This document shows positions 43,293 through 54,705 of a DNA stretch of 64,000 nucleotides, in pieces (position 1 is the stretch's first letter; each line of letters starts with the position of its first letter). The DNA is from a bacterium (lineage in GTDB: Bacteria; Zhuqueibacterota; Zhuqueibacteria; Residuimicrobiales; Krinioviventaceae): the NCBI GenBank assembly GCA_963674595.2, contig CAXXFV010000003.1:32001-96000 (forward strand), in the 5' to 3' direction. The notes beneath the pieces are model-generated. The model made no database searches and was not told the origin of the DNA. It saw only the letters and a list, made by a program, of their open reading frames with translations. Position numbers and translations under genes: made by a program.

Positions 43293-43301
43293 ATTTTATC
43301 C

Positions 43302-45333
43302 TTATTTAAAAAAATCATATTCATTAATAGTAGATTGTTTCATATTACCCCCGATTACGCTAAGTTTAATATGTATGGTTGAATATTGATAACCATTATC
43401 CTGTAATTTAAAAACATCATTGCTGCTTGAAGATTCGCTAAAATGAAAATCTGTCTCAAAACCACCTTTAATACTACCATTTTTAAATTTTTTATTTGGA
43501 TTCCAATCTTTACCAAAGAATTCTTTAATATAATATGTTCCATTCGGAACATTTGTCATTTGAAAAGAAGAACCGGCCCTAATGTATTCATTTCTAATAG
43601 TTTTCCCAGAGTAGTAGTTTACCAAACAAACTACTGCATCATAATTTTTATCTGTTTCTATTTGAATCCAATTTTGATGTGATTTATTATAGATACCTTT
43701 TCCAAAATAACTATCATAAGGAGATGTACCATTTTTCAAGAAATTACCTTTGTATTTACTAAAGGTACCAGTCTCATCTAGTATATACCGATTTTCATTC
43801 GTGGAATTATTATTATCGGATTCGTTTTGTGAATAGCTACTAGATTTATAATTATTACCAGATTCATTGTATGAATAGTTGCTAGAGCTAGAATTGTTTG
43901 AATTTAAAATTACAGTAATTAGCCAAATACAAAGCAATAAAATTACGCTATATTTCCAAATTTTTTGCAATGTATATAATTGTAATTTCCCATAAAATTT
44001 ATATTGGCCAGTATATGTTTTGTCATAAGAATACCGGGCGATAGGTAATATAGGTATACCGAATAATACAAAATATAGAGTTTTTCCATAGATTATAGTA
44101 CCACAACCATTAATCAATTTTAAACTTGGTGCGGATTTAATTGGTTCACCATACTTTTTTTTTTTCTTCTAATAAACTTGATAGAGAATATTTATCTTCT
44201 TCTATTTTATTCTTGAGATCATTTGGGATTTCTATCTTGAGTGCCATTTCTATGAATATAATTGAAGTTTCAACATCGTTGCACATATTCCAGGTAGACA
44301 CCGATAGATTTCTTAGTGTGAGAGCAAGCTGAATTCGGACTTCATCGAATAAGCTTGGTAAAGAATTCAGCTCAAAAATATCAATATTTTTTTGTAATTC
44401 TTGCAGAACAATTGTTGGCCTAATATCTTTATTATCTATTTTTTCTATAAACTTTTTCGAATTAACAAACAATAATGCATATTTTTTTAAAGTAGGTTCA
44501 TACTTTTCTGTTTCTTTTCGCTCTAAATTTATTTCTTCAATTTTTGTTAAATCATGCCTTATCTTATCATTCGATAAACCATCAATTTTAATACCCAAGG
44601 CAAACCTTATCATACTTATCGAAACTTCAGCATCACCGATGTTATTAAATATATCTATTGACAAATTGCGTAATGCAAAAGATAAATTATTTCTAGACTC
44701 TTGAAAATAAAAAGGAAGTAAATTTATACTTTGGTGATGTATTTTATCTTTGATATTTTCATCTAATTTACAAATATTTTCTTCATTATATTCGCTCGTT
44801 TCATTTTTAATATTTTTGGATATTTGCTCAAGCCATTTAATTTTATTTTGAATATAATTATATGTTCCTTGAAAAGCTTGGTCTTTAAAATCATTGTTTA
44901 CTAACAATGGTAAAGAATTAAGTATATTTAGGGCTTTTACACTTTTTTTTTCCAAAGCTTTTATTAATAATTCAGAATATTTGGGGGCATAATATGGGCT
45001 GATGAAATCAATGAATTTAGATAAATTAAATATTGATTCGTGTCTAAAATTGATAAAAAATTTAGTTTCACCATTGAATAAAAAATTGTTTAATTCTTTA
45101 TAATTATACAGAAAAAAATAGAACTCTTTTTTATTATCATCTTCCAGTTCATCAAAGGATTTTAAAATATCTGATTTATTGAATTTCTGATTTTTAATAT
45201 TAATTGAATTATCATCACTTAATTCTATTTCGGCAAGAATTCTTTTTTTGCTCTTTTTTATTGTTATAGAATCAAGTTCTGATATTGACTTGAGGGGAAT
45301 TTTAAATAAATCTAAAGGATTAAGATATCGCAT
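43302..45333 (-). pseudogene. Helical-repeat plus membrane-anchored protein split at an A11 tract (44155-44165)
   Basis: With A10 the ORFs 44146..45333 and 43302..44117 fuse through KYGEPIKSAPSLKLINGCGT. Confidence 0.7.
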
Positions 45334-45980
45334 AAAATTTGTCCAGATTTAACAGGAAAAAATATAACATTTGTAAACGAAAGAACACTAATCATAGTAT
45401 CATATTTGAAACATCAAAATATAGTTTAGATGTCTTAATCAAGTGGTAAATATTTTCTCTCAAAAAAACGTTTCGATTAGTTTTGATATAAACAACCCAC
45501 ACCCTACCGCACTCAAAAATATTGACCGCAAACCAACAGGAATGTAATACCGTAACCGACGCAATCTCTTCCTCGTATGTGTATAAGAATCCCATAATTA
45601 TAAAAATGGTGGTAAATCAGTCAGGGATCTCAGAAACTCCCGTGCTCGACCAAATCGTCCTGAAAAATCGTCCTTTTACCTGATAAAATAATGATACAAA
45701 CTTTTTATTTTTCCCGCAAGCTGTTTTTAAAAAATTTATCTGCTACTTCCATCACAAAAAAAGCCCCATATTACGACGGGGCTTATTAACGATTGAATTC
45801 CAATAATATTAATGTTCAGTTCTCTATAATCACCACCTCCTTTTATATAATTCAACATCTATATCTATCATCTTGCATCAATCCAGACGCAGGCAACACA
45901 GCCCTGGTCACCTATCACTTGAACGACCTTCCGGTCTAATAGTTGATTTTAAGAGTCAGGAATGCATTATAATCTTTGTA

Positions 45981-46571
45981 CTATATATTAATACTTAATT
46001 GTTCCGAATAAACTTTTATTAATTCATTCCAGGGCTGCTTTTGAGATAATAAAGGCCATTTATGACTCGTGGTTGCCAATTGATGCAATGCCTCAAATGT
46101 CTTGTGCCCAACATACCGATTAGCGAATTGAAACACATATCGTCCAATTAAGGCACTGTCGATCTCTGGTATATTTCTTAAATTCAACTGAAGAGTCTGT
46201 AACGTCATTTGACGCTTCATATAATCCTGGTGTCCGGACCGGTTCCATTGTGCCGGATTAATGAGAATATGCGAATCAAATATCTCTTTACAGATCGTCA
46301 ATTGAGTTTGACTGACATGGGCATTTACTTCCCATGTCATGTTCCCGTTTGTATACTGCTCATGATCCTCAATCACTGCAAAAGCAATATTATGATGTTG
46401 CCTGGTTTTGAATAATCTTTCACTGTAATCAAGATGTTTAAAATATTTTATTGTTCCTGTGTTTATATATTTACCATACTGGTCCCAGATGGTCAAACCG
46501 GTAAAATTACCAGGGGAAATACTCACAAAAGTTACATTATTCATAATCACACCTTTTATTTTAATTTTCAA
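45981..46571 (-). CDS. RuvC-like protein, probably inactive
   Basis: Counterpart of 4423..5013; same ISPG motif. Confidence 0.55.
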   Translation of the reverse strand: MKIKIKGVIMNNVTFVSISPGNFTGLTIWDQYGKYINTGTIKYFKHLDYSERLFKTRQHHNIAFAVIEDHEQYTNGNMTWEVNAHVSQTQLTICKEIFDSHILINPAQWNRSGHQDYMKRQMTLQTLQLNLRNIPEIDSALIGRYVFQFANRYVGHKTFEALHQLATTSHKWPLLSQKQPWNELIKVYSEQLSINI

Positions 46572-47145
46572 GCCATGGTTTTAATTGATTGACCGTCGGA
46601 TATGGCAGTTGTTTTAAAGCCATCTGCTTCATGGCAACAAATCCGCCACCATTTGTGTCAAAATCAATAATTTCAAAAGTCAGTTTGCCCATAAGAGCAG
46701 AATCCGTCTGATGAGAATTTGGCAGTTGTTCTCCGAATAGATCCCTGGACCATTGTCGTTTGAATTTATCTTTACATTTATTCCGGTTCCATTGTGTGTG
46801 AAAGATCAGGATATGATCCGGAAACACTTCTTTACATACCTGGATTTGAATTGATACTTTATACGAGTTTTTTCTTTTCATACCGATAAACGGTTTGTAA
46901 TCTTCAAGAAGAATAAATTCAAGGTTGTACTCTTTTTTAATTTGTTCCAGTAACAGTCTGTATTGTTGTGTGTCTTTAAAGGGTAGATTCTTTGAACAAA
47001 CCTTTGATCCCATACTGTTAAAAACACTGATCCCACCCGGATTACCCGGATCAACAGCACCCCAAAATCTGTTTAAATTCGACATGGTTTCTATCTTTCG
47101 AGATTCCACCAAAGCTGTAATCATATTATTCTGTAGTCGAATCAT
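46561..47145 (-). CDS. RuvC-like resolvase
   Basis: Counterpart of 5003..5587. Confidence 0.65.
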   Translation of the reverse strand: MIRLQNNMITALVESRKIETMSNLNRFWGAVDPGNPGGISVFNSMGSKVCSKNLPFKDTQQYRLLLEQIKKEYNLEFILLEDYKPFIGMKRKNSYKVSIQIQVCKEVFPDHILIFHTQWNRNKCKDKFKRQWSRDLFGEQLPNSHQTDSALMGKLTFEIIDFDTNGGGFVAMKQMALKQLPYPTVNQLKPWLEN

Positions 47146-47159
47146 GTCAAACTCCTTTT

Positions 47160-47700
47160 CTATTTCTCATTGATATTCAATAATTCAATCTTTTTCCAAT
47201 TTAATTCTCTGGACATCGTATCTGTCGCAAAGTGTTTTTGCTCTTCCACCTTGCTGTTATTTTTATAAGCATCCAAAAAATGTTTACGTGTAGCAGCAAT
47301 GGCAGTGGTTGATCTTATTTCAGGACCCCACTGTACAAGCAAAGGATATAAATGCCCTTCACCGTTTTTCTGCATTCGCTTTTCTATCATCATCATCATA
47401 CAGGAACCAATGGATGGGTCATAAAAATGGTCAAGATACATTTTAATCCGGTTCCAGGCTACCTGAGCTTGTTGTTGAAGAGGGTCCTGTCCCCGTAAAT
47501 CTGCCGGTGACGGGAAAAAAAGCATTTTTATTTCTAAAATATAAAACAGCATTCTTTTCAATTTCCTTAAAACTCAAGTCCTGTAATACCTTGAAATAAA
47601 AATCTATCTTCTCTGCTGTCAATGGTTGGTTATTATTCACAGCAACAGTTTCCATTTGCAACATGAGTTTTGAAAAACATTCTCTATCTTTCTCAGTCAT
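47160..47700 (-). pseudogene. Frameshifted G39P/DUF6475-like gene
   Basis: A7 at 47515-47521 versus A6 in copy 1. Confidence 0.7.
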
Positions 47701-47864
47701 ATATCAACCTCTATGATAAGACATTAAGATGTTACCTTTTTATTAATTTCATCATCAACGGATGTTACATCTGTTGATGGATTCTTTTTGCTCGAATCTC
47801 TCAGGTCGTCGTATTTAATCGACGACCCGGAGTATTTATAGAACATGGCAACAAACCAAAAATC

Positions 47865-48275
47865 CTAAAACGGCAGGTCTTCTGCTTGTTCATCAGGAAA
47901 GTTTGTTTGTTGTTCCTGTTCATAGGTTTGGCTGAATTGTAAAATCTGTACCTGTTCAGCTTGTATTTCAGTCATATATTGCTTGTTTCCATCTTTATCA
48001 TCCCAGGAACGAGTGGCTAACTTGCCTTCGATATAAACCAGATCACCCTTTTTAGCATATTGAGAAATCATTTCTGCTGTTTTTCGCCAAACAACAACAC
48101 GATGCCATTCTGTTTTTTCGACAATTTCTCCGTCCTGTGATTTATAAGATGTATTGGTTGCCATGTTTAACGTCACAACAGCCACTTCAGAAGGAGTGTA
48201 TTTGATTTCCGGGTCTTTACCTAATCGACCGATTAACATGACTTTGTTTAATGTAGCTTTACTATTGTATGCCAT
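47865..48275 (-). CDS. ssb: Single-stranded DNA-binding protein
   Basis: SSB motifs, EDLPF tail. Confidence 0.97.
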   Translation of the reverse strand: MAYNSKATLNKVMLIGRLGKDPEIKYTPSEVAVVTLNMATNTSYKSQDGEIVEKTEWHRVVVWRKTAEMISQYAKKGDLVYIEGKLATRSWDDKDGNKQYMTEIQAEQVQILQFSQTYEQEQQTNFPDEQAEDLPF

Positions 48276-48280
48276 TTTTA

Positions 48281-49003
48281 TTACCTCACTCGTATATCAT
48301 CTTTTGAATAAACTCTAATGCCCTGAAATTTATCAACAGCACTTTTTTTTAATTTTTGTACTTGAGCGTTAATTTTTGAACGGGACGGTTCGCATAGTTC
48401 CGGATGATGTTGGCACACCAGGTCCGGATCTGTTATGTCGTATTTCCAGTAGGTCACAACACTGGACGTCGCTTGAATGGATTGAACCGATGATTTGGCG
48501 ACGATTTCCTGACTTGCTACATGTTTGACAGCCTTATCCAGTGCCTGTTTGGTTTCTTCTTCAACCGTCGCTTCTTTGGCTTGTTCAAGTTCTTTGATTT
48601 GCTGATCTTTCTCTGCTTTTAAACGTTGTTCCTCTTTGTACTTTTTCCCCTTTTGATATTCCAAAAGTTTAGAACGCAGCATGCCATTCAGTTTATCAAC
48701 TTCACCTATCAGTGTTTTAAATGGCTGCTCTTTTGTTTTTATCTGTTCTTTTAATTCCCTGACCGATTCTTTTTTGGCTGTTTCAAGGTACTTTATAAAT
48801 TTTGATATTTTTCCGGTATAATCGGTCACCTCAAAAATGGTAGCATCATCAACCGTTATATCAACCACTTTTAGTTTAATATCTTTATAGGTTGATATAA
48901 TCATGGCATCATTAATCTCTGCCAATTCCGGTAAAGCTTCTGCTTCCATCACATCAGGTTCACCATTCAAAATACTGTCGAAAAAATCATTTTCCATGAT
49001 CAC
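48281..49003 (-). CDS. Phage coiled-coil protein (Gam/Gp157-like)
   Basis: Counterpart of 6719..7435. Confidence 0.5.
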   Translation of the reverse strand: MIMENDFFDSILNGEPDVMEAEALPELAEINDAMIISTYKDIKLKVVDITVDDATIFEVTDYTGKISKFIKYLETAKKESVRELKEQIKTKEQPFKTLIGEVDKLNGMLRSKLLEYQKGKKYKEEQRLKAEKDQQIKELEQAKEATVEEETKQALDKAVKHVASQEIVAKSSVQSIQATSSVVTYWKYDITDPDLVCQHHPELCEPSRSKINAQVQKLKKSAVDKFQGIRVYSKDDIRVR

Positions 49004-49928
49004 TCTCCTTTTTCTCTTGTTGAACCTGTTGCATTCTCTCTTTTAACTTTTGCAGGAAAAAGTTTTGTTTTTTCGTTTCGATTTTTTGGGCTGTTGTCAC
49101 TCCCATATCCTCAAGCATTTTTAAATAAATGGCATGCGTGCCTGTCTGTTTAAAAAGCCATTCTTTGGCATTTTTACATTTGTCCTCAAAGGACGGCTCA
49201 GTTTTTGATTCCTGATTTGATTGATTGCTTTTAGTCGTTTTTTTGGAGGAATTATCTTTATTGAGGGAATTTGGGCCATTATTTCCTGAATCACTCTGTG
49301 TGTTCTTGTTTGAAATCTCATAGGGCCAGCCATATTGCGGATAGTCTTTGCGACGCCACAATAGAACTTTATTATTATCTCTTTTATCTGTATACCATTC
49401 ACTCATGGCGAATTCATTCTTCCATTCCATGATAAAATTGGGAGACCATAGTTCTGTAGCAATTCCCAAATCTTTACAACATCGGGTTAGACAATCTGTT
49501 TTGGCACCTTCAACTGCACTGGCATAGGTCATGGACTTGTTGTTCGGATGATACTTTTGTTCTCCCACAGCTTCAGAGATAAACTGGCCAAGAACAAATA
49601 AAACCCCGTGATAACAGACCAGATTTATGTTTTTATCATAAAAAATATTTCGACTATACAAGGCCCATCCACCAGCATGAAAAGCTTCTATTAATCTTTT
49701 ACGATAAAAAACACCCGGTAAATAAATAATGCCATCTGGCCGGATGGCAACATCGTTTTTATCGATTTCAGCAGACAATTTTCGTTGAACCTGATCTGTA
49801 ACAGGATTCTCAGCAATGTTATTATACAGATCGATTTCACAATTTTCCTGTACAGTCACTTCTTTATTTTGGTCTGACTTTATTGCCAAAGCAACCTGAG
49901 ATTGATTTCCATTTCCGTTTCCATTCAT
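48987..49928 (-). CDS. Mgm101/Rad52-family annealase
   Basis: Counterpart of 7425..8360. Confidence 0.8.
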   Translation of the reverse strand: MNGNGNGNQSQVALAIKSDQNKEVTVQENCEIDLYNNIAENPVTDQVQRKLSAEIDKNDVAIRPDGIIYLPGVFYRKRLIEAFHAGGWALYSRNIFYDKNINLVCYHGVLFVLGQFISEAVGEQKYHPNNKSMTYASAVEGAKTDCLTRCCKDLGIATELWSPNFIMEWKNEFAMSEWYTDKRDNNKVLLWRRKDYPQYGWPYEISNKNTQSDSGNNGPNSLNKDNSSKKTTKSNQSNQESKTEPSFEDKCKNAKEWLFKQTGTHAIYLKMLEDMGVTTAQKIETKKQNFFLQKLKERMQQVQQEKKESDHGK

Positions 49929-49936
49929 AATTCACC

Positions 49937-50203
49937 TCAAAAATTTAATTTATCCTGATCTGTAAATCCTATTTGCATATTCTCAATGATTTGATTCATA
50001 AGGATTTCTTTGACATTCATATTGGAATAGGCTATTTTGACAGCCCCTTGTAATGCCACCATTCCAATAGAATTGTTCCCACCAAGAATGATTTGTGCCA
50101 GAGACACAATATCATGATCAATGGTGATGTCGATGTTTAAATTCTCTATTAGCATTTTTGCTGCTGAGACTTGTCTCTCCTTTGAAGGAACTTCTTTTAT
50201 CAT
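49937..50203 (-). CDS. Hypothetical phage protein
   Basis: Identical protein to 8369..8635 with synonymous changes only. Confidence 0.7.
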   Translation of the reverse strand: MIKEVPSKERQVSAAKMLIENLNIDITIDHDIVSLAQIILGGNNSIGMVALQGAVKIAYSNMNVKEILMNQIIENMQIGFTDQDKLNF

Positions 50204-50251
50204 TTCTCATCTCCAATTATATTTATGTCATTTCTCATGGCCATATAAACT

Positions 50252-50572
50252 TTACATCCATGTCTCAAAGAGTCCTGATGCCGGATCATACTCTATATCA
50301 AACATCCTCTTACAATAGCTTATGGGACATTGTATAGAGTCTGCTTCTCTGGATTGAATCCGGTCCAATATTTCAGAATCCAAATATCCATCCACAACAG
50401 TACCACAGTTAGGACAAATAATATGAAAAGCTTTTGTGTCGTTTTTTTCCTCTTCAGGCACATCAAAAGGAGCCGTAAATAACGGATTCGTGTACATGTC
50501 ATCATGATACATCATCAGGATCTCCGTCTCTTTGGCGTTTACTGGTATGATCATACAAGTACAAATCTTCAC
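50252..50572 (-). CDS. Small zinc-finger protein
   Basis: CPNC and CPISYC motifs. Confidence 0.6.
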   Translation of the reverse strand: MKICTCMIIPVNAKETEILMMYHDDMYTNPLFTAPFDVPEEEKNDTKAFHIICPNCGTVVDGYLDSEILDRIQSREADSIQCPISYCKRMFDIEYDPASGLFETWM

Positions 50573-50864
50573 AACCCATGATGTTTCTGGCCATGCGAAG
50601 CCATCTTAAACGATTAGCTTGTCTGATTAAATTGGATATAATCCGAAAGTCCCCGGCATCTATTGGTGTCCGGCCACCTTTACATAAATTGTTTAATCGC
50701 CCGATGGTCATTTTAGCTTCCTGAGCAAACCATTCCCTGGTCAGTTGTTTATTCTGTGAGATACAATCCTTGATAGCATTATCAATTTCTGATGCAATAA
50801 ACCGAAACAGTTTCTCTTCTGCTGTTGAGAGTGTATCTTGTTTTTCAAATTGTCTTTCTTTCAT
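50502..50864 (-). CDS. HTH-like phage regulator
   Basis: Counterpart of 8935..9297. Confidence 0.55.
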   Translation of the reverse strand: MKERQFEKQDTLSTAEEKLFRFIASEIDNAIKDCISQNKQLTREWFAQEAKMTIGRLNNLCKGGRTPIDAGDFRIISNLIRQANRLRWLRMARNIMGCEDLYLYDHTSKRQRDGDPDDVS

Positions 50865-51586
50865 TTTTTTACTCGCTTTTTTATGTGGTTTTATAATGGA
50901 CGATTAATTTTTACACATTCCTGCAAAAATTAATGGCACTGCCCATTGAAAAAACCATTCACCCATATTATATTGAATTGTCAACTTTTAAAAAATGAGG
51001 TCAATTATGAAAGCAAAGAAAAGAGAACCTGTTGAATATACACTGAATTTAAGCTGTGAAATCAACTTTGATTTATTGAGGATTATCGAAACGGCATGTA
51101 TTTTTCAGAAAGCTTTTATTTCTTTATTGTTAAAAGACAAGAATTTCACTATCTTAAAATACAAAGGCTGCTCAGGTGCTTATGTTGATATTCAACAGGC
51201 TCTTTGCAGTGCTTTGTTAACTCCACCCTCTGGTTTGACTAGTGGCCAAACTTTACAGACCAGGGGGTTTTATTTTAATTGACCTGAAAATTCAATTTAA
51301 CAGGGATCACGGATTTTCAGGCGAGAGCAGTTTTCCATTATAGTTAAATGCTCGATGGTTTGAATGTCGTCCTGATGGATCAATTGAGTAAATGACCTCT
51401 TATTTATTATTGATTTTAAATGTTTTTTTCTTTAAAATAAAAATCAGCATAACCATATAAAAATAAATGTGTACGGTGTTTGTATCCGATTCAAAGAGGC
51501 TCAGCAGATTATAGGATCGGAAAATTAACGTGTCCTACCGTACATATTGCACCATAGTTTAATTAATGTTATTATAAGTAGTAAAC

Positions 51587-51994
51587 ATGACAATGGCAAG
51601 CAAAGAATATAATAATCATATTTTTTTTGAAAATCTTTTACATCTGTGCAAAGAAAAAAAATGGTCCCCAAACAGATTGGCAAAAGAAACAGGTGTGTCA
51701 GCTTCTTTTATATCAAAAATTAAAAATCTGGGCGCACATCCTTCAAATACTCTTTTATTAAATTTGTACAATATTTTTTCAGACGAAACCAAAATATTAA
51801 ATCCATTTTGGCTGTTTTACAATGAAGGTCCGCAATACTTGTACCTGAAAAAAGAAAATATTTTAAAATCAGATCCGCTTCAAAACGAACCCGATCAAAT
51901 TGTTCAGACTGTTAAAAAGATTCGGACCCTCCCTAAAGTAAAACAGGATTCCTTATTACAAATTATTAATGGATTTATTACATTTAATAAATAA
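51587..51994 (+). CDS. XRE-family HTH repressor
   Basis: Counterpart of 10020..10427. Confidence 0.85.
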   Translation: MTMASKEYNNHIFFENLLHLCKEKKWSPNRLAKETGVSASFISKIKNLGAHPSNTLLLNLYNIFSDETKILNPFWLFYNEGPQYLYLKKENILKSDPLQNEPDQIVQTVKKIRTLPKVKQDSLLQIINGFITFNK

Positions 51995-52279
51995 GTAGAA
52001 ATGTCTGGCCGCTAACAGAATTATATAAAAATTGTATTAATTTCTGTAAGGACCACCCTCATAATAAACTCGATTTGTTATTGCCAAAAAACTGGGAAAA
52101 GATCGTCATATCTCATTAATTTTTTTTGTCAAGGTGTAGATCAACGGATGCATACATAAATGCTATAATGAGTCCCGTTAGCACCGATATTTAATTATTC
52201 CTTAACCATAATCTATATATCTTACTTTTTATGATAATATACTATATAAATTAAATTTAAAATAAAGCTAATGATCATA

Positions 52280-52740
52280 TTGGATTCGATATATATGTGC
52301 AATGCGGTACAAAATTTTCCGAAAATTTAAAGATGATGACAAGTGCTTGAAATAGCAGGATATTGATTGGAAGAAGAATAGGACAAAGCTGTATGACAAA
52401 TCCAAAGAAAAATATGTTCCTATGCATCCTAAATTGCGGAAAATATTGCTTTCCAGAAAAGTGCAACTTGAGGATGAATTTGATCCTGTTATTCATGTCA
52501 TAAAATAGAGAAACGAAACACTATCGGCGTACATCGGAAGAGCAATTGAAAAGGTTGGAATAAACAAACCAGGGGCCTTATACATTTTACGTCATACGGC
52601 AGCTACAACACTCTTCAATCAGGTGCACATTTGCGAGAAGTACAGGAATTTCTGGGGCCGTCAAAAGTAACAACAGCTCAGATTTAAACACATATTAATA
52701 AAGAGAGACTGGTAAAACAGCCTTCCGAGCTTTTAACTAA
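52280..52740 (+). pseudogene. Tyrosine recombinase/integrase relic
   Basis: ILRHTAATTL / GAHLREVQEFLG.SKVTTAQI*THI (box II region) with a frameshift and a stop; the 5' limit is approximate. Confidence 0.75.
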
Positions 52741-52984
52741 ATTAAAGACATCTATATTGAAGGCTTTATTATTTTAACAAATTATTAACACAAATGCCCT
52801 ATTGTGCAATAAATAAAAAAATAACTTACACAGTTTGCCCATCGGTTTAGTAGAGCAATGGGCAAACTGATTTATTTTCATCTCTTTTTAACATACTCGA
52901 TTGTGAAAAATATCTTGACTTTAATTGAAAAGTTTCTTATGAATAAAAAAACATTTTGATGAGGTAGTGAGATGATGAAAATAT

Positions 52985-53032
52985 AAGGCATTTCGGCAAA
53001 TTTTATATTGAGTCGGTGAAATGCCTTTTTTT
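52985..53032 (+). terminator. Intrinsic terminator-like hairpin in the cas10 leader
   Basis: AAGGCATTTC/GAAATGCCTT stem followed by a T run. Confidence 0.6.
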
Positions 53033-53085
53033 ATGCTACCTGTTTTTAATAATTTTTCATTAATATCAGATTGGGAGAATTTAGT

Positions 53086-54705
53086 ATGAGCCAGTACCAA
53101 TTGTGCCTTTTGGATTGCCAGTCGATACAGCAGTATGTGTTTGGGAGTAATAAGCTGAGGACAAATATTGGCGCATCGGAGAATGTTTCAGCGATATTTG
53201 AGGAAAAATTGAAGAAATTCATAGGGGATGATTATCAACTCGATGCCTGGAAATCTAATTCACAAAAAATAGAAATCTTTGAGAACAAAAATATGCTGGT
53301 TGATATTGGCTATATTGGCGGTGGCAATGCGCTGATGATCTTTCGCAAAAGCGATAAGGATAATCCGGCACAAGATTTTGTTCAAAAATGGAGCCGTCAA
53401 GTGTTGATTGATTTTCCAGGAATTGTACCGGCGGCTGCGATTGGGAATTTATTTAATAAACCAAGTGATGGTAAAATCACGAACGCCATGCTTTCCTCCT
53501 TGTTTCGCCATATTAGTGTGAAGAAAAATCAGTTTGTACCCATAACGACATTACCACGTCATGGTATTACAGCAGAATGCAAGGTCACGGGATTGTCAGT
53601 AGAGAAATTTGACGACGAAAACAAGTCAAAGAAGTGGGTTTCTTCAGTTAATATTGCAAAAACACGGGCTGCTGCTACGTTAATGAAAAAAGAATTCACT
53701 GATGATGAAAAAACCGGTTTGTTTAAGGAATGTAAAAATCCAGATTATCGCTTTTCACATACTGAAGAAAAACTCGGGCAAACCGAAGCTCACAACCATA
53801 TTGCTATTGTGCACATTGACGGCAACAGCATGGGAAATCAATTTCAGCAATGCAAAGATTTAGCGGAACGACGTCATCTTTCTAAAGCTGTTGAGAATCA
53901 AATCCAAACAGCATGGAATAATACGGCTCTTGGATTGACAGGTGAAATGGAAGAACTCTTGAGAAATAAAATTATAAAGTCGGAGCATCATAAAAAATAT
54001 GAGTTACTCCCTTTGCGAAAAATTATTCTCAATGGCGATGATCTCACTTTTGCCTGTAACGCTCAATTAGCCTTTTGGTTGACGGAAAAATTGATTGAGA
54101 AACTGTGCGGATTTGAGTTGGATATTGATGAGGCCGGAAAACCTATCCGTATGTCTGCTTGTGCTGGAATCGCCATTGTCAAAACAAAATTTCCGTTTTA
54201 TCGTGCTTATAATCTTGCCGAAGAACTGTGTCGTAACGCCAAAACAAAGGCTCGTGAGAAAAAAGAATCCTGGCTCGATTTCGAAATAGTCTATGGCGGT
54301 CTTTCCGGTAATTTAAAGCAAATTCGAGAAAAAAAGTACAAAATAGGGAATGAAGAATTAATCTCCCGACCATGGCGAGTGCTTGATGACAAAGGCAAAA
54401 CTGTTAACACTGCTTACAATGACTGGGGCTGTTTAAAAAATTCTGCACAAGAATTCTATACTACTGATGGACAAGGAAAAAGCAGATGGCCCCGCTCTAA
54501 ACAAAAAGAATTGTTGCAGCGCATGGCTCGGGGTATTGAATCGTTTAAAGATTACGAACTTGTTCTCAGTGCACGAGAACTAAATTTACCATTCCAATGT
54601 GAATCTAATCTTAAAGATTGGCAGAAGCTACAATTTTATTATGATACATTACAGGCGAGTGAATTTTATCCCGATATTTTATTAAAGGGAGGCACCAATG
54701 GCTAA
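53086..54705 (+). CDS. cas10: Cas10 (III-D, no HD domain; palm motif NGDD)
   Basis: IQQYVFGSNKL, YIGGGN, VHIDGNSMG, LNGDDLTF, PFYRAY motifs. Confidence 0.92.
   Translation: MSQYQLCLLDCQSIQQYVFGSNKLRTNIGASENVSAIFEEKLKKFIGDDYQLDAWKSNSQKIEIFENKNMLVDIGYIGGGNALMIFRKSDKDNPAQDFVQKWSRQVLIDFPGIVPAAAIGNLFNKPSDGKITNAMLSSLFRHISVKKNQFVPITTLPRHGITAECKVTGLSVEKFDDENKSKKWVSSVNIAKTRAAATLMKKEFTDDEKTGLFKECKNPDYRFSHTEEKLGQTEAHNHIAIVHIDGNSMGNQFQQCKDLAERRHLSKAVENQIQTAWNNTALGLTGEMEELLRNKIIKSEHHKKYELLPLRKIILNGDDLTFACNAQLAFWLTEKLIEKLCGFELDIDEAGKPIRMSACAGIAIVKTKFPFYRAYNLAEELCRNAKTKAREKKESWLDFEIVYGGLSGNLKQIREKKYKIGNEELISRPWRVLDDKGKTVNTAYNDWGCLKNSAQEFYTTDGQGKSRWPRSKQKELLQRMARGIESFKDYELVLSARELNLPFQCESNLKDWQKLQFYYDTLQASEFYPDILLKGGTNG

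Larger units (their letters stand above)
45760..52058. mobile_element. Phage-like early/recombination module, copy 2
   Basis: Collinear and highly similar to 4200-10491. Confidence 0.8.

Noticed and set aside
45392-45595. 67-aa ORF upstream of the Hsp70 cassette
   Set aside because: No recognisable motif or supporting context
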